NCBI GenBank assembly: GCA_023265105.1
Contig: JAHFUJ010000002.1
Coordinates: 16,877 to 54,250 of the forward strand
Source of the DNA: Acidobacteriota bacterium
Lineage (GTDB): Bacteria > Acidobacteriota > Vicinamibacteria > Vicinamibacterales > CAVVIG01
Length of the DNA stretch: 37,374 nucleotides
Reading direction: 5' to 3'
The notes under the pieces are model-generated. The model was not told the origin of the DNA. It ran no database searches and worked only from the letters and a program-made list of their open reading frames with translations. Position 1 is the stretch's first letter, and each line of letters begins with the position of its first letter. Shown here piece by piece: positions 17,724 through 25,426 of the stretch. The position numbers were made by a program, and so were the translations under genes.

Positions 17724-17976
17724 CTGCGAAGATGTTCGGGCTGCGCTCAGCAACTATTTGGACGGCGACGTCTCGCCGGACCTTCGCCGCGAGCTGGAGC
17801 GTCACTTGAGCGAGTGCCGAACGTGCCAAGTGCTTTACGACACGACTCGGAAGACCCTGCATATCGTGACGAACGTGGGATCCTTCGACATCCCAGAAGC
17901 CGTGTCGGAACAGCTCGTCAAACGGATCATGAGCAGGCTCACCCTCCCACCGTCCGCCCCGCCGTCTCACTCCTAG
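17716..17976 (+). CDS. zf-HC2 (ZAS) soluble anti-sigma factor
   Basis: CEDV..YLDGD..HLSECRTC (HxxxCxxC); overlaps the sigma fusion stop; no TM segment. Confidence 0.9.
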   Translation: MFSCEDVRAALSNYLDGDVSPDLRRELERHLSECRTCQVLYDTTRKTLHIVTNVGSFDIPEAVSEQLVKRIMSRLTLPPSAPPSHS

Positions 17977-18000
17977 TTCAACGTCGCGCGATCGGCGCGG

Positions 18001-18030
18001 TGAATCTTTTCTCGCAGTCGCTCCGTCTGA
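18001..18030 (+). promoter_or_regulatory. ECF-type promoter TGAATCT-N16-CGTC-TGA
   Basis: Motif match upstream of the second ECF gene (RBS GAGG, ATG 18056). Confidence 0.65.
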
Positions 18031-18055
18031 TTGACGAACGGCGAGGACGGCCACC

Positions 18056-18688
18056 ATGCTTGAATCTAGCGGACACGACACGTTACAGACTGACCGGCCG
18101 GACGAAGCCGCGTGGGTCTGCCTGCTGCAGGCCAGGGATGATGACGCGTTCGAACGATTGGTCAGGACCTTCGGGGGTCGAATGCTGATGGTGGCGAAAC
18201 GCTACGTGAGCAACGAGGAAGATGCGAAAGATATCGTCCAGACGGCCTACCTCAGTGCGTTTCGGGCACTGGACCAATTTGAGGGTGCGGCCCAGCTCTC
18301 GACCTGGCTTCATCGGATCGTCGTCAATACGGCGCTGATGAAGCTCCGCTCAAGACGGCGAAAGCCTGAGGAGTCGATCGAAGACTTGCTACCGACATTC
18401 CAAGAGGATGGGCATCACGTCGAGCAGTTCTCGGAGTGGGGCGCGCCGGCCGATCAACTGATGGAGCGGAAGGAAACGTGCGCGACCGTCCGAGCGTGCA
18501 TCGAGCAGCTCCCGGAAAACTACCGCGCCGTGCTCATGCTGCGGGACATCGAGGAGCTCTCCACGCAAGAGGTGGCCGAGATGCTGACGATGACACCGAC
18601 GGCAGTGAAAGTTCGTCTACACCGCGCGCGCCAAGCGCTGTCCACATTGCTCCGGAAGCAGTACGCAAAGCCGAGCGTAACCTCTTAA
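18056..18688 (+). CDS. ECF RNA polymerase sigma-70 factor
   Basis: DAKDIVQTAYLSAF, LSTWLHRIVVN, LPENYRAVLMLRD and AVKVRLHRAR motifs. Confidence 0.95.
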   Translation: MLESSGHDTLQTDRPDEAAWVCLLQARDDDAFERLVRTFGGRMLMVAKRYVSNEEDAKDIVQTAYLSAFRALDQFEGAAQLSTWLHRIVVNTALMKLRSRRRKPEESIEDLLPTFQEDGHHVEQFSEWGAPADQLMERKETCATVRACIEQLPENYRAVLMLRDIEELSTQEVAEMLTMTPTAVKVRLHRARQALSTLLRKQYAKPSVTS

Positions 18689-18731
18689 CCCGGCGTGACA
18701 TGGAACCGGCAACCTCACATGCCGGGCGATC
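18648..18731 (+). repeat. 84-bp duplicated block, copy A (ECF 3' tail + decayed promoter + first codons of the acyltransferase)
   Basis: Ungapped match to 25343-25426 with 11 mismatches by hand count; the -10 box reads CATG-GAA here instead of CATC-CAA. Confidence 0.85.
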
Positions 18732-19230
18732 TTGACCTCCAGGTCTTGAAGCCCAGAGCAGCAAAGGCGACCCCGAACATGACGCCAGAGCAGACGAAGA
18801 GGGTACTGGCGTCCCCAACGACACTCCCAATAATGCCCACGAGCGTCGAGAGCAGCAGCGTCACAGGTACCCAGGCGGGAAGCCTGTTCGCGGTCCACGC
18901 GCTGACCGCGAGAAGGATCACTCCGCACGCGGTGGCCAATGCGGCAGCAGGATACAGATCGACAGCCGAAATGATGCGACTCGCCCTCACGGCCGCGATG
19001 CCGAGAAGCGCGAGCGCGAGACCGGCAGCACCTCGTCGTCCCAGCCTCTCAGCGTTCAACGCATAAAAAGCGAGGAGTCCCAGGGCTAAACACACATCAA
19101 CCACAAGGTAGAGTGATTCACGCTGGAGATCCGAGCCAACGACGACGGGCGCGAAAGCGGCCGCCGCACGCAGTACGCCACCGGCGATAGCTGCCAGCCC
19201 TCCCGCTCGAACGAGGCTCAGTCTTGTCAT
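18715..19230 (-). CDS. Hypothetical integral membrane protein
   Basis: Several hydrophobic helices. Start taken at MTRLS; the C-terminus runs into the duplicated block. Confidence 0.6.
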   Translation of the reverse strand: MTRLSLVRAGGLAAIAGGVLRAAAAFAPVVVGSDLQRESLYLVVDVCLALGLLAFYALNAERLGRRGAAGLALALLGIAAVRASRIISAVDLYPAAALATACGVILLAVSAWTANRLPAWVPVTLLLSTLVGIIGSVVGDASTLFVCSGVMFGVAFAALGFKTWRSRSPGM

Positions 19231-19331
19231 CCACACTCCGCAACGCCCGACAGGATGCCGAGGACATTGCGCCTGCGTCCTCACTCCTAGGTCACAACGT
19301 GTTCAAGCGTTGGTGAGCGAAGGCTCGACGG

Positions 19332-19949
19332 TCACCTCTTGGCGACGGCGAGGTCGTTTTCGACGCCGAACACGCCAGTCACTTCCCTCGCTCTCACACC
19401 TGCAACACTCTTGTCGCTTTCGCTATCGACGATTCCGAGCAGCATCGTTCGCCCGTTCTTGACGATGATATGGATCGGATACGTTCCAAAGGGTTGCATT
19501 CCCGGGAACCGGGCGAACGAGAGCGCCTCGTATCGCGCACGCATCGCACCGCCAGGGGCATACCGCGAGAGAAAATCATCGGTGTAGATGTTGTAGAAGG
19601 TTGACCATCGGATGCGGTCGTCCTGCTGTGACGCGGGCAAGACCTCGATCTTGTTGGCGACCTCTTCCACGCCAGCCACACGCCTGATGGCGGAAAGGGC
19701 GTCGGCCTTGAGATTCCCGCGGTACGCGAAGCCCCCGATGCTCACGACCCCGCGATCGACGCCAAACACCAGGAAATCGAACACGCCGTAGTACGGCAGC
19801 CGCAACAGCGCGCGTTGCACCATCAAGGCGGTCTCCTTGGTGGCCACAGACTGCGCAGGTGGCGTCGCGGCCGAAAGAACCGTAACGGCGGCGACCAGGA
19901 CCGCGGCGACTGCGCTACGAGTCGCCAGCCGGGGAATTGAAGTCTTCAT
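19332..19949 (-). CDS. Dual BON-domain secreted protein
   Basis: Signal peptide; LPYYGVFD, GVEEVANKIEV, PIHIIVKNG and GVFGVENDL. RBS AGGAG before MKTSI. Confidence 0.85.
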   Translation of the reverse strand: MKTSIPRLATRSAVAAVLVAAVTVLSAATPPAQSVATKETALMVQRALLRLPYYGVFDFLVFGVDRGVVSIGGFAYRGNLKADALSAIRRVAGVEEVANKIEVLPASQQDDRIRWSTFYNIYTDDFLSRYAPGGAMRARYEALSFARFPGMQPFGTYPIHIIVKNGRTMLLGIVDSESDKSVAGVRAREVTGVFGVENDLAVAKR

Positions 19950-20058
19950 CGTGAGCTCCTCTCTAGATCGTCGGAAGATCGTTTCTGGCCATTCGTCTGC
20001 GTGCTCTTTGATGCCGCGCATGACAAGCAGATGCATCTACTCGAGGGCGACTGCCACC

Positions 20059-20087
20059 CGAAACTACTCTGGCGCGCCGGAATCCAA
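20059..20087 (+). promoter_or_regulatory. ECF-type promoter CGAAACT-N15-AATC-CAA
   Basis: Motif match about 180 nt upstream of the gluconolactonase start. Confidence 0.55.
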
Positions 20088-20129
20088 CGCACAAGCAGAC
20101 GCGAACCATGCGTCTGTGATGCCGCTGTG

Positions 20130-20256
20130 CGCCAGCGGCCCGAGCGAGGCGCCGGAGGGGAGCGCGGCGAAGCCGCGCCGCCGAGCGAGAGCCGTCAGCC
20201 GAAGCGCCGGGAGTGGGGCCCCGGCGCCGTGAAAGATGTGGGGCCCCGCAAGCATT
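20130..20256. repeat. Structured intergenic element (REP-like repeat or cis-regulatory leader)
   Basis: Hairpins GCGCGGC-GAA-GCCGCGC (20162-20178) and GCGCCGGG/CCCGGCGC (20204-20227); GTGGGGCCCC at 20213 and 20238. Confidence 0.45.
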
Positions 20257-20270
20257 GATGGAGGTGCACA

Positions 20271-21917
20271 GTGAGATCGCGGATTCCAGCTCGTCGTTCA
20301 ATCGGCGCCGTCGCCGCCGCCGTCCTGGCTCTTGCCATTGCCGAGCTCCATGCGCAGCATGCGGTCCGGAGACCGATCGATGGCAGACCGAGCGCGGTCA
20401 TCGATTTGCGCACAACTGATGGTGTGCGGCTCGTCAAAGGACAGTGGCGATACAGCGACACCACCATCATCGAGGCCGATTTCAACGCTCCAGGCTCCGA
20501 TCTCAGGCCGTCTGGAAAGCCGATCAAGACGTACGACTACACGCCGAAGGCCGGTGCCGCCGACTTCGACGATTCCCGATGGCAGGCCATCGAACCCGCG
20601 GCGCTCGAAGCTCGAAGGTCCACCGGGAAACTCTGCTTCAACTGGTATCGAACTGCCGTGACGATCCCGGAGCGGGTCGGCACGTTTTCGACGGCCGGTT
20701 CCACCGTGGTGTTCGAAATCGTCGTGGACGACTATGCCGAAGTGTGGGTTGACGGCAAACTGCCGAAAACACTCGGCCAGACAGGCGGCGCGCTGATCAA
20801 GGGGTTCAACGCGCCCAATCGCGTGGTGATCACGAACAACGCGCAGCCAGGTCAGACCATTCAGCTGGCGATCTTCGGCGTCAACGGTCCACTGGCCGAT
20901 CCACCGTCGAACTTCATTTGGGTCCGCTCGGCGACGCTGGATTTCTTCAAACCCGGCGCGACCACTGGACCGACAACACCCGCGCAAGTCACGCGGCTTG
21001 ATCCCGCGCTCGACGCGATCGTTCCGCCTGACGCGAAAATCGAGAAGCTCGCCGAAGGATTCCTTTTCACCGAGGGCCCGATCTGGATGCCCGACGGCTA
21101 CCTGCTGTTCAGCGATCCAAACAGCAACACCATCTATCGCTGGTCAGACAATGACGGCTTGTCGGTCTTCCGAACCAAGAGTGGATACACAGGGGTCGAT
21201 GTCGGCGAGTACGGCCAGCCCGGCTCGAACGGGCTGACGCTGGACCGGGACGGCCGGCTGACAATCGACGAGCACGGTAACCGACGGGTCACGCGGCTCG
21301 AAAAAAATGGCTCGCTGACCGTCTTGGCTGACCGCTACGACGGCAAGCGGCTGAACAGCCCGAACGACCTCGTGTACAAGTCGGACGGATCGCTGTACTT
21401 CACGGACCCGCCGTTTGGTCTGCCGAAATTCTTCGACGATCCACGGAAGGAAACGCCGTACAGCGGCGTGTATCGGTGGTTCGATGGGAAGGTGCAACTG
21501 CTCACCACGGATGTCACCGGACCGAACGGCCTGGCCTTCTCACCCGACGAGAGGTATTTCTACCTCGGGAACTGGGATGAGAAGAAGAAGATCGTGATGC
21601 GGTACGAGGTGAAACCGGACGGCACGCTGGCAAACGGCCGGGTGTTCTTCGATATGACGAGCGCACCAGGAGAAGACGCCCTCGACGGGTTGAAAGTCGA
21701 TCGGCAGGGGAACGTCTACGTGTCCGGACCCGGCGGCCTCTGGATTCTGTCGCCGACTGGAAAGCACCTCGGAACGATCGTCGGCCCCGAACACCCGCAC
21801 AATTTTGCGTGGGGCGACGCCGATGGCCGGACGCTCTATCTGACTGCGCAAACCGGACTGTATAGGATTCGACTGGGCATCCCGGGCACCCGTCCGTTGA
21901 CGGTTGCGACGCACTAA
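20271..21917 (+). CDS. SMP-30/gluconolactonase with N-terminal galactose-binding-like domain, secreted
   Basis: RBS GGAGG; N-domain WYRT..VDDYAEVWVDG; FTEGPIW, GSNGL, LNSPNDL, PNGLAFSPDE, DGLKVD and PHNFAWG. Confidence 0.9.
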   Translation: MRSRIPARRSIGAVAAAVLALAIAELHAQHAVRRPIDGRPSAVIDLRTTDGVRLVKGQWRYSDTTIIEADFNAPGSDLRPSGKPIKTYDYTPKAGAADFDDSRWQAIEPAALEARRSTGKLCFNWYRTAVTIPERVGTFSTAGSTVVFEIVVDDYAEVWVDGKLPKTLGQTGGALIKGFNAPNRVVITNNAQPGQTIQLAIFGVNGPLADPPSNFIWVRSATLDFFKPGATTGPTTPAQVTRLDPALDAIVPPDAKIEKLAEGFLFTEGPIWMPDGYLLFSDPNSNTIYRWSDNDGLSVFRTKSGYTGVDVGEYGQPGSNGLTLDRDGRLTIDEHGNRRVTRLEKNGSLTVLADRYDGKRLNSPNDLVYKSDGSLYFTDPPFGLPKFFDDPRKETPYSGVYRWFDGKVQLLTTDVTGPNGLAFSPDERYFYLGNWDEKKKIVMRYEVKPDGTLANGRVFFDMTSAPGEDALDGLKVDRQGNVYVSGPGGLWILSPTGKHLGTIVGPEHPHNFAWGDADGRTLYLTAQTGLYRIRLGIPGTRPLTVATH

Positions 21918-22023
21918 CCAGCACCGATCACCCACGAAGGACATCAAGGAGTGGCTTTTCCGTATGACTCGCGGCGGCTTGAGCATCCAACCGACATCGA
22001 AGGTTCAATCGAGTACCGCAGGG

Positions 22024-22851
22024 ATGCCTGACGAAAATCGAGGCGCCGCCGGGAGGCGGGTCCTACCGCATACCATCATGTGCAGCGAGGTATGGGGTGC
22101 GAACGGCAATGTCGCCCACGCGGTGGAGCTCCCGGGCCTCCTGGGTTGGGTGTACTCGGCGCCGATCGAGCTTGGTCAGAATGGGGGCGATATCCACTAT
22201 CTGTCAGTCTGTGACCACGGTCTGCTCTGTCGGGTCGCGCTTGCCGATGTCAGCGGACACGGCCGCGCAGTCAGCTCGGTGGCCGAGCGCCTGCTCAGCC
22301 TGATGCGACGACACGTTAACCGGATCGAACAGCGAGAATTTCTGCACGAGCTGAGCGATTCGCTTCACAAAATGAACAGCGCAAAAGATATGACGTTTGC
22401 GACCGCGCTGGTTCTGGGGTTCGATTCGAGATCGGGCGAGCTCGTGTTCACCAACGCCGGCCATCCGCCACCGCTCTGGTATCGCGCGGACAAAACTTGC
22501 TGGGGGTGGTTGCAGCAGACCACCTCCGATACCCGTGACGGGCTCCCGCTCGGCATGGATTTCTTCGGGAGCAGTTATGCGGACACTGTCGTCGAGCTCG
22601 GTGTGGGTGACCTGCTGATTTGCTATACGGACGGTCTCTCCGAAGCGGTTGATGCCACTGGACACGAGCTTGGCGGGGACGGGTTAATCGACCTGGCCCG
22701 CACGCTGCCTGTGGAGTCCCCCATGGCAGCCGGTGCGACGTTGCTCGGCCTCGTGGATGCGTTCCGACGAGGTGAGGCTGCCCTCGACGATGAAACGCTG
22801 GTCGTTCTCCAGCGGCCTCGTCTCACGGCCGATCTCTCGGCACATTCGTAG
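22024..22851 (+). CDS. PP2C/SpoIIE (RsbU-like) phosphatase without sensor domain
   Basis: GGDIHY, ADVSGHG, NAGHPPP, YTDGLSEA and DDETLVV. Start uncertain (21964, 22024 or 22078). Confidence 0.85.
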   Translation: MPDENRGAAGRRVLPHTIMCSEVWGANGNVAHAVELPGLLGWVYSAPIELGQNGGDIHYLSVCDHGLLCRVALADVSGHGRAVSSVAERLLSLMRRHVNRIEQREFLHELSDSLHKMNSAKDMTFATALVLGFDSRSGELVFTNAGHPPPLWYRADKTCWGWLQQTTSDTRDGLPLGMDFFGSSYADTVVELGVGDLLICYTDGLSEAVDATGHELGGDGLIDLARTLPVESPMAAGATLLGLVDAFRRGEAALDDETLVVLQRPRLTADLSAHS

Positions 22852-22948
22852 GTAGGCAGGCACGCTCGTCATGTTCTTCGAGGACCGCATTTCGCGGCTC
22901 GGCGAAGCAGCGATCCTCTTTACGCTGAGGCGACCCTGAACCCTGCGA

Positions 22949-24085
22949 TCATCGTGGCCCCAGCACAGTGAGCGCCAGGGTCGCAGGCCGACGGGGTTCG
23001 TCCGCATAGATGGCCGTGAACTCACCGCCGCGGATCTCGAGGGCCGACGCCCGGCCACCGGGGAAGAAGCTTCCGCCCAGCATGCCTGTATCTACCTGAA
23101 GGACGCGGCCCCCAAACCGCGCTGCAATTCGTCCGTTCGGCGCAACCGTATGGCCGATGACGGCTGCGCGCGCCTCGAGGCCGGACAGAATGGACATCAC
23201 CGCGGGCAGAAAGGCCTCTTCGGGCTCCTGCGTGAGACCGCGGTACCACAACGGGCCGACTTCACTCGTCACCAGCAGGGAAGCCGGATCTCGGACCGCC
23301 GCCCGGCTCGCCGCCAACTCGAGGCGAACCGTGTCGTTCATCTGATCACACCGCAGCGACGCCGCGGACGGACTGACACCGCCGTGGAGGTACAGCACGT
23401 CGTTGATCTTGACGAGGACGTGATGGTTTCGGAGCCAGCGTCCGTACTCGCCGTCGGTCCCGAACGCCTGCTGCATCTCGATGGAGCCGAGTGGGACCTC
23501 GTGAAAGAACTGCGCCCTGAACGCGGCCTCCTCGTGAGGGCGGCCGGCCGCTTTCGCCTCGCGGCTCGCTTCGGCCGCCACGACACCGAAGGCGCGTTCA
23601 CGAATCTCCTCCGACGATCCGGTCTGAAAGGCCGCGTACTCTCCGGCGCTGACGTATCGCCAATCGTCGAGCATGCGCATGACTTCGTGGTTGCCGAGCA
23701 GCGCAAACACGCGGCCGCCGGCCTGGGCCGCTTCCCGCTCGAGCCGCCTCAGAAGATCCAGCGCCCGCCTCGAGTCGGACCCGCGATCCAGGACGTCACC
23801 GGTCTGTACCAGAATCGCGCGGCCACCGATCCAGCGGTCGCGCCCGTCGATGAGGGCCGCAGCGCGAAGGATCGCGGCGAACTGTGCATAAGCGCCGTGG
23901 ACGTCGCCTACCGCGACGACCCGTTCGCTGGTCCTCACGTCGCAGGGCGACATGCCACCGGGCTGCGCCAGCGCGCGCTCGTCGAGCGCGAGAGCGGCAA
24001 GGCCCAAGGCCAGGGCCGCTCGGGTGGCCGCGCCACGCGAACGTTTCGAGTAGCGAGAAGACATGGCGACTGCCGCGTTGGGCAT
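22949..24085 (-). CDS. Calcineurin-like metallophosphoesterase (Shewanella-like phosphatase type), secreted
   Basis: GDVHG, GDVLDRG, LGNHE, LHGG, GPLWYR, GHT and VDTG motifs; signal peptide. Confidence 0.88.
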   Translation of the reverse strand: MPNAAVAMSSRYSKRSRGAATRAALALGLAALALDERALAQPGGMSPCDVRTSERVVAVGDVHGAYAQFAAILRAAALIDGRDRWIGGRAILVQTGDVLDRGSDSRRALDLLRRLEREAAQAGGRVFALLGNHEVMRMLDDWRYVSAGEYAAFQTGSSEEIRERAFGVVAAEASREAKAAGRPHEEAAFRAQFFHEVPLGSIEMQQAFGTDGEYGRWLRNHHVLVKINDVLYLHGGVSPSAASLRCDQMNDTVRLELAASRAAVRDPASLLVTSEVGPLWYRGLTQEPEEAFLPAVMSILSGLEARAAVIGHTVAPNGRIAARFGGRVLQVDTGMLGGSFFPGGRASALEIRGGEFTAIYADEPRRPATLALTVLGPR

Positions 24086-24266
24086 CGGAGGTCGCGGACC
24101 CTTGTCCGCATCCGTCAGATGCCAAATCGCCGGAACAGGTAACGGCCAGCGCCGCCCTTCCCGTCAACGGGCAATCACATGACGGGGCATCACGGGCACC
24201 CGTCCGTTCACGGATCCGACCCACTGACTCGCCCCACGATCAACCACGAACTATTCCTGCACGCAT

Positions 24267-24295
24267 CGAAACCTTCTCAACAGGACGGAATCCAA
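24267..24295 (+). promoter_or_regulatory. ECF-type promoter CGAAACC-N15-AATC-CAA
   Basis: Upstream of DM13-like copy 2; paralogous to the site at 14620. Confidence 0.68.
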
Positions 24296-24355
24296 GTGGT
24301 GAGCGGTAGAACGCAGAAAAGATCGGAAACAACCGCAGTGATTTAGGAGGACAGA

Positions 24356-24784
24356 ATGAGTGGTCGCACCATCCAGACAGTTCGTACGGGGCTCTTCAGC
24401 ATCGCGGCGCTCGCCATGACGGCGACATTCGCACTCGCACAGAGCCACACCAGCAAGCCGTTCTCCGGCGCGAAAGTGAACGCCGGCACGGTCACACACT
24501 CGACCAAAGACGGCAGGGACGTGCTCACGCTGTCGGACGACTTCAAGGTGCCCGACACACCCGATCCGCACTGGCAGGTTGTGGACTCAAAGGGCAGCAC
24601 GTACCTCTTGCAGCGTCTCGGCGCGAAGAACCTCGCTGGCCTCGCCAACGACCGGATCAACATGTCGATCACGCTGCCCGCGTACATCAGGGATGTCGCC
24701 AAAGTGCAGATCTACTGCGCGTGGGCGGAAGCGATCCTCGGCGAGGCGCCCTTCAGCGCCCCGTTGATGACGATGAACAAGTAA
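24356..24784 (+). CDS. Secreted DM13-like domain protein, copy 2
   Basis: Close paralogue of 14710-15138, with the upstream leader also conserved. Confidence 0.65.
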   Translation: MSGRTIQTVRTGLFSIAALAMTATFALAQSHTSKPFSGAKVNAGTVTHSTKDGRDVLTLSDDFKVPDTPDPHWQVVDSKGSTYLLQRLGAKNLAGLANDRINMSITLPAYIRDVAKVQIYCAWAEAILGEAPFSAPLMTMNK

Positions 24785-24795
24785 CGGGGAACATC

Positions 24796-25233
24796 ATGCG
24801 TTCATTCATTGCCATCACGATCGCCGTCGTCGCAGCGTATGGTGTCGGGCTCGCGCTGCCGGACGCCAGCTCGAAGGTCACCTACATTCCGGCCGACCAG
24901 GTGAAGGCCGCCTTTGCCAAGGGCGCGGTTCTCATCAACAACGGCAGCTATCAGGTTCACGCAAGCCGCCGCGAAGAGCCCGGGCAGGTCGAAGTCCACG
25001 TGAAGGACACAGACGTCGTCTACATGCTCGAAGGCACCACCACGTTCGTCACCGGCGGCACGATGGTCGGAGGCAAAACGACGGCTCCTGACGAAATCCG
25101 AGGCTCGAACGTGCAAGGCGGCGAGACGCGCACGCTCACAAAGGGCGATGTCATCATCGTCCCCAAAGGCACACCGCACTGGTTCAAAGAGATCTCCGGG
25201 CCGGTCCTCTATTACGTGGTGAAGGTCCAGTAA
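24796..25233 (+). CDS. Secreted cupin-domain protein
   Basis: Signal peptide; EVHVKDTDVVYMLEG and GDVIIVPKGTPHWF cupin motifs. Confidence 0.85.
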   Translation: MRSFIAITIAVVAAYGVGLALPDASSKVTYIPADQVKAAFAKGAVLINNGSYQVHASRREEPGQVEVHVKDTDVVYMLEGTTTFVTGGTMVGGKTTAPDEIRGSNVQGGETRTLTKGDVIIVPKGTPHWFKEISGPVLYYVVKVQ

Positions 25234-25273
25234 GCGTCCTCAGCAGTCCCCGGCGCCCTCCTGCCAGAACGAG

Positions 25274-25304
25274 AACGGCGCGACAAAAACGTCGCGCCGT
25301 TTGT
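25274..25304 (+). terminator. Hairpin, probable intrinsic terminator
   Basis: Perfect 11-bp stem AACGGCGCGAC/GTCGCGCCGTT with a 6-nt loop, after the cupin gene. Confidence 0.6.
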
Positions 25305-25342
25305 CCCCGGCCCTCTTCACAAAGTCTTGACCTCAATCCCGC

Positions 25343-25426
25343 TGCTCCGGAAGTAGTACACACCGCCGGGCGTAACCTCGTAACCCGGCGCGACATCCAA
25401 CCGGCAACACCACATGCCGGGCGATC
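25343..25426 (+). repeat. 84-bp duplicated block, copy B (relic ECF 3' tail + intact promoter + acyltransferase start)
   Basis: Matches 18648-18731; the ECF codon CAG is TAG in this copy. Confidence 0.85.
25371..25400 (+). promoter_or_regulatory. ECF-type promoter CGTAACC-N16-CATC-CAA
   Basis: Motif match 13 nt before ATG 25414. Confidence 0.72.

Noticed and set aside
20007-20037. Minus-strand TGCATCT-N15-CATC-AAA upstream of the BON gene as a further ECF promoter
   Set aside because: The -35 box deviates from the consensus, so it was not counted; it remains possible.
21961-21990. CATC-CAA upstream of the PP2C gene as a regulon promoter
   Set aside because: Good -10 box but no AAC-type -35 at the 15-16 nt spacing.
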